In this document: positions 1-11,212 of the stretch, piece after piece | Layout of the letters: every line of letters begins with the position of its first letter | Numbering within the stretch: position 1 is the first letter of the stretch | DNA from: Selaginella moellendorffii | Taxonomy: Eukaryota; Plantae; Lycopodiophyta | Direction of reading: 5' to 3' | Assembly (NCBI RefSeq): GCF_000143415.4 | Contig: NW_003314283.1 | Span: 382,752-446,751 of the forward strand | Length of the DNA stretch: 64,000 nucleotides | Made by a program: the position numbers and the translations under genes | The notes under the pieces: model-generated | The model's database searches: none | The model's input: only the letters and a program-made list of their open reading frames with translations | What the model was told of the DNA's origin: nothing

Positions 1-634
1 CGGTCTTGGTCTCAGTCTCGGTCTTGACTTCGGACTCCATCTCGGGTCCATCTTAGACTCCATCTCGGACTCCATCTCGGGTCCATCTCGGGTCCATCTC
101 GGACTCCATCTTGAACTCCATCTTGGACTCCATCTCGTGTCCATCTCGGGTCCATCTCGGACTCCATCTCAGGTCCGTCTCAGACTCAATCTCAGATCCA
201 TCTCGGACTCCATCTCAGGTCCGTCTCGGACTCAATCTCAGATCCATCTCGGACTCCATCTCGGGTCCATCTCGGACTCCATCTCGGGTCCGTCTCGGAC
301 TCAATCTCGGATCCATCTCGGACTCCATCTCGGGTCCACCTCGGACTCCAACTCGGATCCATCTTGGACACCACTTCGGACTCCAACTCGGGTCCATCTC
401 AGATATTTCCACGTGTCATGTGTTAGTCCTTCTAGTCCCTTTTTGGAGCCTCGCTTATTGCTCGCTTTGTGCTCGTTCCTTGAGCACTTTGTTGGGAGTT
501 CCACTCCCGCTCTCGACCTTTCAAGTCAGAGCTTTTAGTCCAAATATGTTATGCTCGTTTGGTTTTCGCTTCGGCCACCACCACATGGCACTCTTCTAGC
601 TCCACTTTGGGGCCTAGGGATTTTGTGTCTCACA
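1..634 (-). mobile_element. Partial LTR containing an 11/12-bp minisatellite (GGACTCCATCTC / GGGTCCATCTC), inserted into the pol of an older gypsy element
   Basis: Colinear with the LTR ends at 56280-56672 and 61760-62254. Ends in TCTCACA at 634, where gypsy pol sequence resumes. Confidence 0.8.
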
Positions 635-3600
635 AAAAGATCATTAGGATTCGTCCCTACAAAATAAAGAAGGATGTCTTCAAAGTGATATTGAAAATGT
701 AAATGCCAGAATGGCAAGTTATCAACAAGTGATATAAAATTCTAAAACCTATTTCAAATCCTTTAAATCCATGGCTCAAGCTTTTGAGCCTCGCAAACCT
801 CATCAAGAGAAGGTGGATCTTGCTCTGCACTTTATGGACACTGAACATCAAGTACAACAACCATTGACGGCACAGAATCCTCGTCTAGAAAATCCACAAA
901 TACTGGAACAATAAGTTCGTCAAAAACATGAGAAGAGAGTGGAGAAGGAAGAGGAGCTCGAGAAAGGGCATCAGCATCAGCCATGTGTGATGAACAACAT
1001 CAAAATCATATATGTGAAGCTTCAAAGCCCACTAAATAGTATGACCAACTAGGTTCTTCTGCTTTAATAATGAAGTAACAATAGTATGGTCACCTTCAAG
1101 TAACGTCTGAGAACTATGTAGATATGCATGAAATTTCTCGAAACCCCAGACTGTTGCTAAACACTCCTTTTCTGTCATGGAGTAGTTCACCTCCGCTGGT
1201 TGTAATGTACGGCTTATATATATATAATAAGATGGCACTGACCAAGCACACTTGGGCTATCTTGGATTAACACACCTTCAAGACCAATATCAGAAGCATC
1301 CATGCACAAAATAAAAGGTCGAGTGTAGTCAGGATATGCCAAAACCCGAAGAGTCGTTAATAGCTCTTTGAGATCCTCAAATGCCCACTCACAATCCGAA
1401 GACTAGATGAAAGATGATGTTGATGACTTCAGCAACGCTCGCAACAGTGTAGTGCAATCAGAAAAATGATCCACAAAACGACCGGGATACTGCATCTTGC
1501 CCAAGAAGCACTACACATTAGTCACACACTTTAGAGTAGGGAACTTTAGAATAGCCATAAGTTTGTCAAGATTAACTTGCAAACCCTCACAAGAAATACA
1601 ATACCCAAGATAAATTATATATTTAAACTCAAACACGCACTTCGACCACTTCAACTTTAAACCAATATCCCATAGCCAATTCAACACTTTACAAACATCA
1701 CGAATATGCTCCTCCCACAACCCCTTCAAGTGGATTAAGATATTATCAATGAAGTCAATAGTCACCTTTGGCATATTGCAAAGAACTTTATCCATCATCC
1801 ACTAGAAAGTTGCTAGAGCATTATTCAAACAAAATGACATCACCAAAAACTCGTACAAACTAAATAATGTATGAAAAGAAGTCTTAAGAATATCTTCTTT
1901 GGCCATCAGTAATTACCAGTACCTAAAAGCAAGATCTAGCTTTGTGAACCAATGACTTCGCCCCAAATGATCCAAGAAATCAATAGTGTGAGGAAAAGGG
2001 TACACATCCGAGATCGTCACTTCATTTAACAAACAATAATTGATGCAGAAATGAATACTCCCATTAGGCTTTAGCACAAGATGAGCTTCACATGCCCAAG
2101 GACTCCACAACTTCCAAATAACCCTTTTCTAACATCTTGACATTTACATATAAAACCTTGATCTCTTTGGGTGACCAATGACAAATAGGATCCTTGATTG
2201 AACCAGCATCCCTGATTGGAATCAGATAACGTATGGCCTTTTTGGCCCTAGATGATAGGTCAAATTCAAAGAGATCAGAATACTCCTTCATGAGCTAATC
2301 AACTGCTATAATACAAAGATTGTCAGAGGGATCGGAAAAGAGAAGATCATAACAAGATAGAAACATAGGAGGAAATAGTGGGGGGACAAAAGTAATGGAA
2401 GCAAAGGTAGAAGTAAAGAGACGAAGAGTTACAAAAGTGAGAAGAATGGATGAAATATGAGGAAGTATGAGACAAAGGGGAAAAGCCTCAAAGTCATACT
2501 TGGCATAATTGCGCTGCAACCAATCCATATTAAAGATGAGGTCAAAACCTTGACTATGCACCACTTGCAATGACTGCAACCCAAGCTCTAGATCGCCCAC
2601 ATGCACAACTAGGTCCGCCTCATCCCGTGCACATGCATGTGTACAGTCGTTGCCATAAAGAATGAAAATTGGTTCCACCGCACAACGCAAGTGTAAACGA
2701 CAACATGTGGCAATAGGTTGAGCAATAAAAGATAAACTCGAACTTATATCAACCAATATAGAGAGAATAATAGGAGACCTCTTATTATAAAAATGAGCTT
2801 AAAAAGTAAACACTGGATGAACTGATGTTGAGTGAACCCTTGATTATACTCCCAAAAGAAAAAAGAGGGGTCATTGGCTTATTCGCGCAAGGTCCCTTCG
2901 TTACTTGCGCAACTCCTCATTTCCCGGATGCATCTCAGTATCCAGACCTTCCACTACAGCAACACCAATAAGATGTTTTTCACGCCAAGGTCTCCACCTA
3001 GGAAATGGAGGTCACAAATCCGGAAAACACTGACAACGCCGATAAGTGTGACCAACTTCATCACATGCCCAACAATGAACTTCACAGCTATAACCATGTC
3101 CTTGCCTTTATCCTTGGACTTGAGCAACAACAGCATCAACCTCCATTGGAACAGGGCCATCACCCATAGGAAGTGGAGTGGAAGGACGTGCAGTGAGAAG
3201 TGGAAGAGGTGACGTCTTATAATGTTGTGCCAAGCAAAGAACATCATCAAGGGTGGCTAGAGCAAGTGCATGCACAAGTTCAACAAAATCTTGATAAAGT
3301 GTTAGCCATAATATTCCTAGTTTGATTTGCTTCAACATATTTGGCTTTGCACGAAGCAAGAGGCTTCGGAAATGAATGCCAAATTGCATCACTGACTCAG
3401 ATGGCTCTCGATGAAGATAATACAATTGCTAAGGCATCGTCACAATCATTAGCATGTCCAAATGCACGTTTGAAGACGTCCAAAAGAACATTCCAATCCC
3501 CACGAATGGTTGTACTCAAACCATTGTACCACTGCAGCATCGTCCCTTGAAAACATATGGGAAACTCACATAAATGTTAAACATCATCCCAAGAATGATA

Positions 3601-3711
3601 TGTGGTAATTACCATGAAGTGATCGAATCAATAGTACACATCATTCATAGGATTCCACGAAAGAACTCCGACTTAACGCGAGGATTGGCACCAAGAGCAA
3701 AAGGAGCTATA

Positions 3712-6202
3712 TGTAGCACACGTGGTTTTGACCCTTTATCTTATGGTGATTTACCATAGGATAACACCACAAAGCGGAACCTAAACCCTCTTTGTGCCAC
3801 GTGACAGATGCCACGTGTCCATGCCACGTGTCCATAGGAACCCGAGGTTCAGGGCCTTGGGCCACTGAACGAAGGAACGGTGCCAAACTCCCAAGCATGA
3901 AGCCAAAGAGTGATGGAACCGAACCACGGAGCAACTCCCAAGCATACAGCCCAAGAAGTGAAGGGACAGGAGCCCGGAGCGACTTGGAACAGTCCTGGAG
4001 CAACCAGCATCCCAATGCCAAGACCAGCACACAAAACGGAGCCAAACAGAGTCTGGCGCTATTTCGGCATACCGGTGGCCTAATGCGAGGATATGGGTAC
4101 TCCACCAGCTAGCATGGAATAGAACTTGGGCTTAGACCCAAGCCGGATGCAGAACAAGGACAGGCACGCAAGCGGGAGCTAGACTATGCCTCAGGTTGGT
4201 CAGCCATGCCCGACCTACCCACTATCCCTACTATACATTTGGAACCCCCCACAGCCCCCCCCCCCCCCCCCCCCTTGAGGAACACACGCTTTGGGCTTTC
4301 ACCCCAAGCCTCCTTTAGTATCAGGAGTTAGTCTCTGGGACAAGCTCGAAACTTACTAAATATGGAATGGCGTTAGATTGCGAATTTGGACACGGGACGA
4401 ACACCATTGTGTTCAGACCGATCTCTACATTCCGTAAATATGCCAAATGAGCAAATCTGGACACTTTCCATAAATAGTAGTTGGGACCGAAATGAGACTA
4501 ACACAAAGGGCATGATAGCGAGGGTGTTTGGCAGACACGGTAAGCTATCATTTGGCGATATTGAGGGACCAACTGTAGCGCACCTTATCTCTCTCCCCTT
4601 AAGCCAACTGGAAAAGGGGCAATTGCTTGATAAAAGAGCCTTTAGTGGCTATTTTATCCCCATTTATCCCCCAAGGTTCCAAGGATCCACGGTGACAGTA
4701 TATCCAAATCTCATCCTATGATCACATGCATTACACTCACCCCCCTACTGAGCCAAGGGGACCGATCTCTACATTCCGTAAATATGCCAAATGAGCAAAT
4801 CTGGACACTTTCCATAAATAGTAGTTGGGACCGAAATGAGACTAACACAAAGGGCATGATAGCGAGGGTGTTTGGCAAACACGGTAAGCTATCATTTGGC
4901 GATATTGAGGGACCAACTGTAGCGCACCTTATCTCTCTCCCCTTAAGCCAACTGGAAAAGGGGCAATTGCTTGATAAGAGAGCCCTTAGTGGCTATTTTA
5001 TCCCCATTTATCCCCTAAGGTTCCAAGGATCCACGGTGACAGTATATCCAAATCTCATCCTATGATCACATGCATTACACTCACCCCCCTACTGAGCCAA
5101 GGGGACCAATCTCTACATTCCGTAAATATGCCAAATGAGCAAATCTGGACACTTTCCATAAATAGTAGTTGGGACCGAAATGAGACTAACACAAAGGGCA
5201 TGATAGCGAGGGTGTTTGGCAGACACGGTAAGCTATCATTTGGCGATATTGAGGGACCAACTGTAGCGCACCTTATCTCTCTCCCCTCAAGCCAACTGGA
5301 AAAGGGGCAATTGCTTAATAAGAGAGCCCTTAGTGGCTATTTTATCCCCATTTATCCCCCAAGGTTCCAAGGATCCACGGTGACAGTATATCCAAATCTC
5401 ATCCTATGATCACATGCATTACACTCACCCCCCTACTGAGCCAAGGGGACCGATCTCTACATTCCGTAAATATGCCAAATGAGCAAATCTGGACACTTTC
5501 CATAAATAGTAGTTGGGACCGAAATGAGACTAACACAAAGGGCATGATAGCGAGGGTGTTTGGCAAACACGGTAAGCTATCATTTGGCGATATTGAGGGA
5601 CCAACTGTAGCGCACCTTATCTCTCTCCCCTTAAGCCAACTGGAAAAGGGGCAATTGCTTGATAAGAGAGCCCTTAGTGGCTATTTTATCCCCATTTATC
5701 CCCCAAGGTTCCAAGGATCCACGGTGACAGTATATCCAAATCTCATCCTATGATCACATGCATTACACTCACCCCCCTACTGAGCCAAGGGGAACCAGCA
5801 CCTTCATTTCCGCACTCAATCTACCAATCCTTCCATTGTGTAGACCAGCTATTCAGCTATTATTATGAATAGCAATGGATACCTTCGTCCGTGGATACTC
5901 CACACAAGAGGAAGGATGTACGCATGGATGCCCAATACGTACGATTTCAAATTTAGGGGTTTTGCTCAAGGGTATATTATACTTTTAAGTAGCCACTAAT
6001 CAATGGGAATTGAACCCGTGTCATTTTCTCTGATACCAACTGTAACACACCTTATCTCTCTCCCCTTAAGCCAACTAGAAAAGGGGCAATTGCTTGATGA
6101 GAGAGCCCTTAGTGGCTATTTTATCCCCATTTATCCCCCAAGGTTCCAAGGATCCACGGTGACAGTATATCTAAATCTCATCCCATGATCACATACGCTA
6201 CA
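3712..6202 (-). mobile_element. Non-autonomous composite LTR/TRIM insertion with 5-bp TSD CTATA
   Basis: Termini TGTAGC...GCTACA. CTATA at 3707-3711 and 6203-6207. Removing the insert restores gag colinearity with the intact copy. Met-type PBS complement (CTCTGATACCA) lies next to the LTR at 6041. Confidence 0.85.
4416..5793 (-). repeat. Tandem array of four near-identical 344-bp TRIM units (162-bp LTR plus 182-bp spacer)
   Basis: LTR copies at 4574-4735, 4918-5079, 5262-5423 and 5606-5767, with a fifth at 6041-6202. Each of the four is preceded on the minus strand by a PPT-like AGGGGGGTGAG. Confidence 0.9.
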
Positions 6203-6826
6203 CTATACCACATGCTATGAATGCCGCCATCAATTGAGTTTAGTTGTTCAATTGCAATCTCATGGCATCAAGCAATTGCACCAATTGCTACTCCAGAGTC
6301 AAAGGAGAAGACTACTACTCTACCATGAAGATGAATGAAAAGGAAAGAGCAAAAGAAGAGAAATGAGAAAAAACTAAAAGGAAAGGGAGATCTAGACAAT
6401 GGAAAAGTTAAATTTTGAAAGGAAAGAACAAAAGAAATGAAATGAAAAAAACTAAATCTAAATGATACAAAAGCTAAATCTAAACTAAAATTCTAAATCC
6501 ACAAAGACAATGAAAAGTGCCCTTCACCTCCACCAATGTGAGTGTATAGAATATCGAAAGGGAATATAGAAAATGTGCATATCAATTAATTCAAAAACCC
6601 TAATTTATATACATGAGTGAATGGTCCAGATTGAAACTAATTCAATGTTACCAAAATCCCATTATGCTAATATTAGTATATGGCATTGTATTAGACCTCA
6701 CAGTTTGTAATTTATAAATACAAGATTAATTTAATTGCTTATCAACTACTAAATGATAGAATAACTAAAAAGGGTTTAAGAAAGTTTATAAATTATAATA
6801 TTAATTTAATGAATAACATTAATTAA

Positions 6827-6863
6827 TTCCCATTACCGGGATTTGAACCTGGGTCGCCTGGGT
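6827..6863 (-). pseudogene. Truncated tRNA-Glu remnant (3' half only)
   Basis: Matches the 3' half of the tRNA at 22266-22339. The anticodon and D arm are missing. Confidence 0.75.
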
Positions 6864-6942
6864 TATCGGCCGTTCAAAAAGGTTGATTACAGTTTATAAA
6901 CACAGATCCTTTTCCTATCAATAGGGTTTACTGCCGGGAATC

Positions 6943-8192
6943 ATGTGGTCGCTAGAGCCCAGCTTCTTCGATGAGCATGGAGCGCTTGTAAGTGATCTTC
7001 CAGCGCTAGATCCAGAGGATGCAGCTGCATGGCTCTCCGCTTCCACCACTTTCTCGACGTTGAGCATCACGGCAACGGTGAAGGGTGTTGCGTTGCAATC
7101 AGTGAATGCTGCAAACCGCTATGCGCTGGTGCACAGGTTGGAACAGAAGTATCCCGGCTGGATGCTGCTCAAAGTGGTGCTTGCGGAGGTGCACTATCTT
7201 CTGTTTGACAAAGCTGGGGCGCAGCAGCGGCTGCTCGATGTCCAAGATGCCATAGGGCGTGGTAAGGATGAGCAGCTGGACAGGGCCGTGCTGGAGCTTT
7301 CCAAGCTTATCCAGGAGGAGGACGATGGAGATGAAGATGACGAAGAGGCGGAGGTGGAAGAAGGCATGCAAGTCACTTCCTATGTGCGACCTCAACCTTT
7401 CTCGTCTGTTCCGTGTTCGTGGAGTGCGGAGGAGATTCGGCACAAGTGGCAGACAAGAACAGAAGTTGATCTTGCTGAGTTTGGCCGCTACGCAGCCATC
7501 ACCACAAACGTCCTGGAAGGAGTGTTTTCGCTTGAGGGTCGCAGCTTGTCGCGGCTGGTCAAGCGTGGATTCGACCTTGACTCGATCGAGGGTGTTCCTG
7601 CCACCAGTCGCATCAAGAGGAAGGCCAAGATCGTGGAAATCCTGGAGAACACACAGTCCTGCTTCGAATACCTCATGAAGAAACCTCATGCATTCTACCC
7701 CACAAGAGACTTATGGAGGAAAACAATCTCAACCACGAGGTTGACAATGGTCGGTTTTATGCTTGTTTCGTGCCTTGCGGCAGCTACCGCCGAGTTCCAT
7801 GCTATACAACCAATGGCAACTTGGAAACTCGATTTTGTCCTTGGAGGCAGATCCCTACGGAGATGCAGTGGTTCTTTGAAGAGGCTCGGCAAGCAATGTC
7901 CGACGACTCTGCTGATCCATTCTTGGTATCGGCCTGGCTACACATCGCGTTTCTCAGCATTCACCCCTTTGCTGATGGTAATGGTCGGGTGGGCCGAATG
8001 ATTTCCTCTCTTCCACTTGTCAAGGCAGGGCTCCCCCCTGTTGTGGTATCTTTCGAGCGGGAGCGGAAGAAGAAGTACTTCGCTGCACTGATAGAAGCTC
8101 GTAAGTCGGGTGATCTAGTACTGCTGGCTTCGTTTCTGAAGGAAGAGGTTGAGCTAGCAATCATTCACATCTCCAATTTGGATGATGCCTGA
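6943..8192 (+). pseudogene. Fic/Fido-domain protein, copy A, frameshifted
   Basis: Near-identical to 22462-23772. A 39-bp segment is replaced by 20 bp at 7681-7700, which puts HPFADGNGRVGR out of frame. Confidence 0.88.
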
Positions 8193-9194
8193 TCTTTGTC
8201 TTGAATTCGTAATTTCCTATTAAGCAATTTCTGGTTGTCAAGCTGAATTTCTAATGGAAAACTCTTCTTGCGTTGTGAAAAAAAATATCTCTCTCGTTTT
8301 TCTAGTTGGTTGGCATCAGTAAACGAGTTTCTTTGCAGATTGCAAGAGTCGAGTCTTGTTTCTTCTCAGGCATCATCCCCGATCCATAGGAAGTGCCTGC
8401 TTGCTCCCACAACTCACGTTGCCACTGCCAGTTCAGCACTCATGTGGGCAGCTGGAGTTGCACAAGTCTGGATGCTTTGCTGCAAGGTAGGAGGGATTTT
8501 GACCAATGTCATCAAGGTAAAGTATGGTAATTTAAATAATAATAAAGGTGTGGAAGCATTAGCAATGAGTTGTAGGATTTGACAATTATAAAACAACTAA
8601 GCAAAAGTTGCAAAATAATTGATTGAATTGGTAAAAATTAATTATCTGTAAACACTTGGTAGTGACCTAAGATTGATGCAAGGTTGCATTGTGTAACAAC
8701 AACACACTTGGGAGATTTCATAGTGCATGGCTCTAGAGCTGGATCTCACACTTTGCAATAGCAATGCAAAAGTTTCAATTCAAGTATTTTTTATGGCGTG
8801 CAATTCATAAAAGGGTGAGTGTTACTGTGGTAGATTTCACTCACAATACAGTGTCCATGTGGCAGTTTTTTATTGGTTCGGCATTAAATGTCATTTGGAT
8901 GCCTCATGGATGCCCCATGGATGCTGGCCGATGGGTCAATGATGTCCCCATAATATGAACAATGTGTTACACATAGATGCCACATATCATCAAGTTTGAC
9001 CCCATGACATGGGGATTCATCAAGTCATAGGGTTTAGGAGATGCTTCCTTGCCTTAGCGCCTTGCTTTAGTGCTCTGTTATTCGGCATATTTCTTGGTAG
9101 CAAATGTGGAAGGTAATTTGGTTTGCTAGTGAGTGGTTTGAAATGTTTTTGTGGGTAGTGTTGGAAGTGGCTTTGATTTACTACTTGATTGTTC

Positions 9195-10947
9195 TTTATG
9201 GACTTTCAAGTTCCTACCATGAATATAGTTCCCTCCCTAGTTTACTTCAAATTTGTGTCACTAAAACTTTTTCTTCCAGGTTTACTAGAAGACGTGGAGG
9301 AAGATGAAGTGGATGGCCTTCCATCCAATTTTAGTGATTCGAATTGTGGTTCCAGTATGGATAGTGACAACGATGCTCTCCCAAAGGTTTGTTTAGTTTC
9401 CAGCCTCCTAGATTCATGATTTGCACATTTCTAGGCCTTCTATAATTTTTTGCAATCAAGGGGATTCGGTAGTCCAGCTGCATTTGGCACTTGGATGCAC
9501 ATGAAGATCCTCGAGACTAAGACTACTATTTACCTCGCATGCTATCTTAGAATTTCCAAGCCAACATTGTACAAATACATGCAGCTTGTCGATCTAAATT
9601 GGAGAGGTGTATATTATAGAGTACCACCTGAAGAGGTACTTCATCACGTTCAAACTAACAATGCTATGAATCGAGGTGGCACAAACTGAGGGATTATCAA
9701 TTCTCGATCTAGTTGTCGAACTGGAGGATACCGATTTAGCCGACACCAAATTTGTGAGGCCTTAGCCACTCACGATCCAAGTAGGCTGGAACAGAGGCAC
9801 ATGACAAGGATTCGACGACGGATTTATAGGAATGAGGAGGCTTATGCACTTTGCTATATGGATTGTGAGTATTCTTTCATTTCTGTTTTTTTGTCAGCAC
9901 ATGTGGTAATATGTTTATTGTAGCATATTGCAAGTTTGTAAGCTATGGTTTCTATGTACATGCCATTATTTGCGGGGCAACTCATTATATTGTAGCTTGC
10001 AAGCTAGCTACCTCCAAAGAATCCCATACAATATTTAACATATATGCGTAGACTGTTCGTCGATTTGGAAGGCCCAAGCACATCCGGAGCGACAATGCTC
10101 CAGAGCACAATGAGGTTGAGAGGGACATGATCCGCTGTTGGGGTCCTGCAGCTAGGAGCTTCATACGTGGGATATCAACATGTAACCAGGTATTCACAGC
10201 GTTAGAGTTTTTCCAAATAAGGACTCATAAGACTAAATCAAATTTGTTTTACAGCGTATAGAGCATTTGTGGAGAGAGCTCTTTGAGCGCGTGGTGTGGT
10301 TTTATAAGCACCTTTTTGAGTCCATGGAAGATATAGGAATTCTCGATGTATCTAATCCATGGCACAACCAGAGTCTACGTTGTGTCTTTGCTCCGTACCT
10401 CAAGAAGGATATTTCACACTGAGTTGCAACCTCCATGAGGTCCGTCCGTATCGATGTGGTGATTACTTCAAACCATCTCATGTTCCTGCAAACTTATTTC
10501 AACCGATGGAACGAGAGCTTGGGTAACAATTTTGGTAATGTTATAGAATTCCTAATAAAATGTGCTTTTGTAGGATTATGCCGAGTGTTGGTGGAAAAGA
10601 TATTGAAAACCTTCCCGGACCATTTCTCTTTAATGTCGAAGGTGCAACTTTGTCAGAGGTAATCTTTAGAGCAAGAATACAATAATTTCTTTAAATCTAT
10701 TTTGTTGTGCTTGGCTACCTTACAGGCTCTTGGCACTGTTCGAAACCAGGCATTTTTGATGCATCGGGAGGGACTCAACTTAGACAAGCAATATCTACTT
10801 CATTTGGATCTAACAATGGAGTGTGCAATGGCTGATGTTGCGGGTGTAGATCTACCACTTTACATCGAGAGTGCCTTGCCTACAGCAACACCAGTGAAGC
10901 GACAAGCTTTGGAAAAATTATACTTGGCCATACTCGGAGAAAATTGA
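9195..10947 (+). pseudogene. Spliced IS3/rve-type DDE transposase with premature stops
   Basis: Hand-spliced exons give an HTH-like LRISKPTLYKYM, then HDP..RIRRRIY..ALCYMD (D at 9861), GFYVHAIICG, FGRPKHIRSDNAPEH (D at 10091) and SFIRGISTCNQ/RIEHLWRE (E at 10261). Stops at 9687, 10049 and 10420. The start is uncertain. Confidence 0.8.
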
Positions 10948-11212
10948 GTGTTCTTTAGTGTACATTTCAAATTAAAATTAAAATTCTGATTTGTTCAATT
11001 TTAGGGTTCCCACGTTTGGGATTAGGGTTTTCACCAAGTCCCACCCATATTAATTGTGCCTTCAACACGGGGCGATTTCATTTTATGACATGATTTTGTC
11101 AATGGTTCATTCGTTCTTCCAATCGATTTGTGTCATCTAACCGGAGGCAAGGCTTCTAGTGCACACTCCCCCGATCACAAGATCACCGCCCAAGCGAGAG
11201 CGCCACAGCTGT

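Larger units (their letters stand above)
635..6702 (-). mobile_element. Degenerate Ty3/gypsy retrotransposon, same family as 49465-54446, interrupted by the 3712-6202 insertion
   Basis: Fragmented gag, protease, RT and RNase H ORFs match the intact copy (WFTKLDLA, YISRTLQPAE, EKECLA). 5' LTR at 6537-6702 and PBS complement at about 6520-6535. Many stops and frameshifts. Confidence 0.9.

Noticed and set aside
111-599. ORFs with SISD/GPSRT repeats
   Set aside because: By-products of the stop-free minisatellite in an LTR.
4386-5753. Four repeated 111-115 aa ORFs, or a CRISPR-like array
   Set aside because: The units are wholly identical with no unique spacers. They span LTR and PPT boundaries of a tandem TRIM, and I see no protein motif.
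6537-6863. tRNA-targeted integration of the gypsy family
   Set aside because: The two LTR-tRNA junctions share the same flank and so represent one event duplicated. The intact copy at 49465 has no adjacent tRNA.
8268-8760. Possible gene between Fic and the lectin gene (also 23900-24250)
   Set aside because: Conserved between the duplicates, but no frame stays open in both and no motif was recognised.
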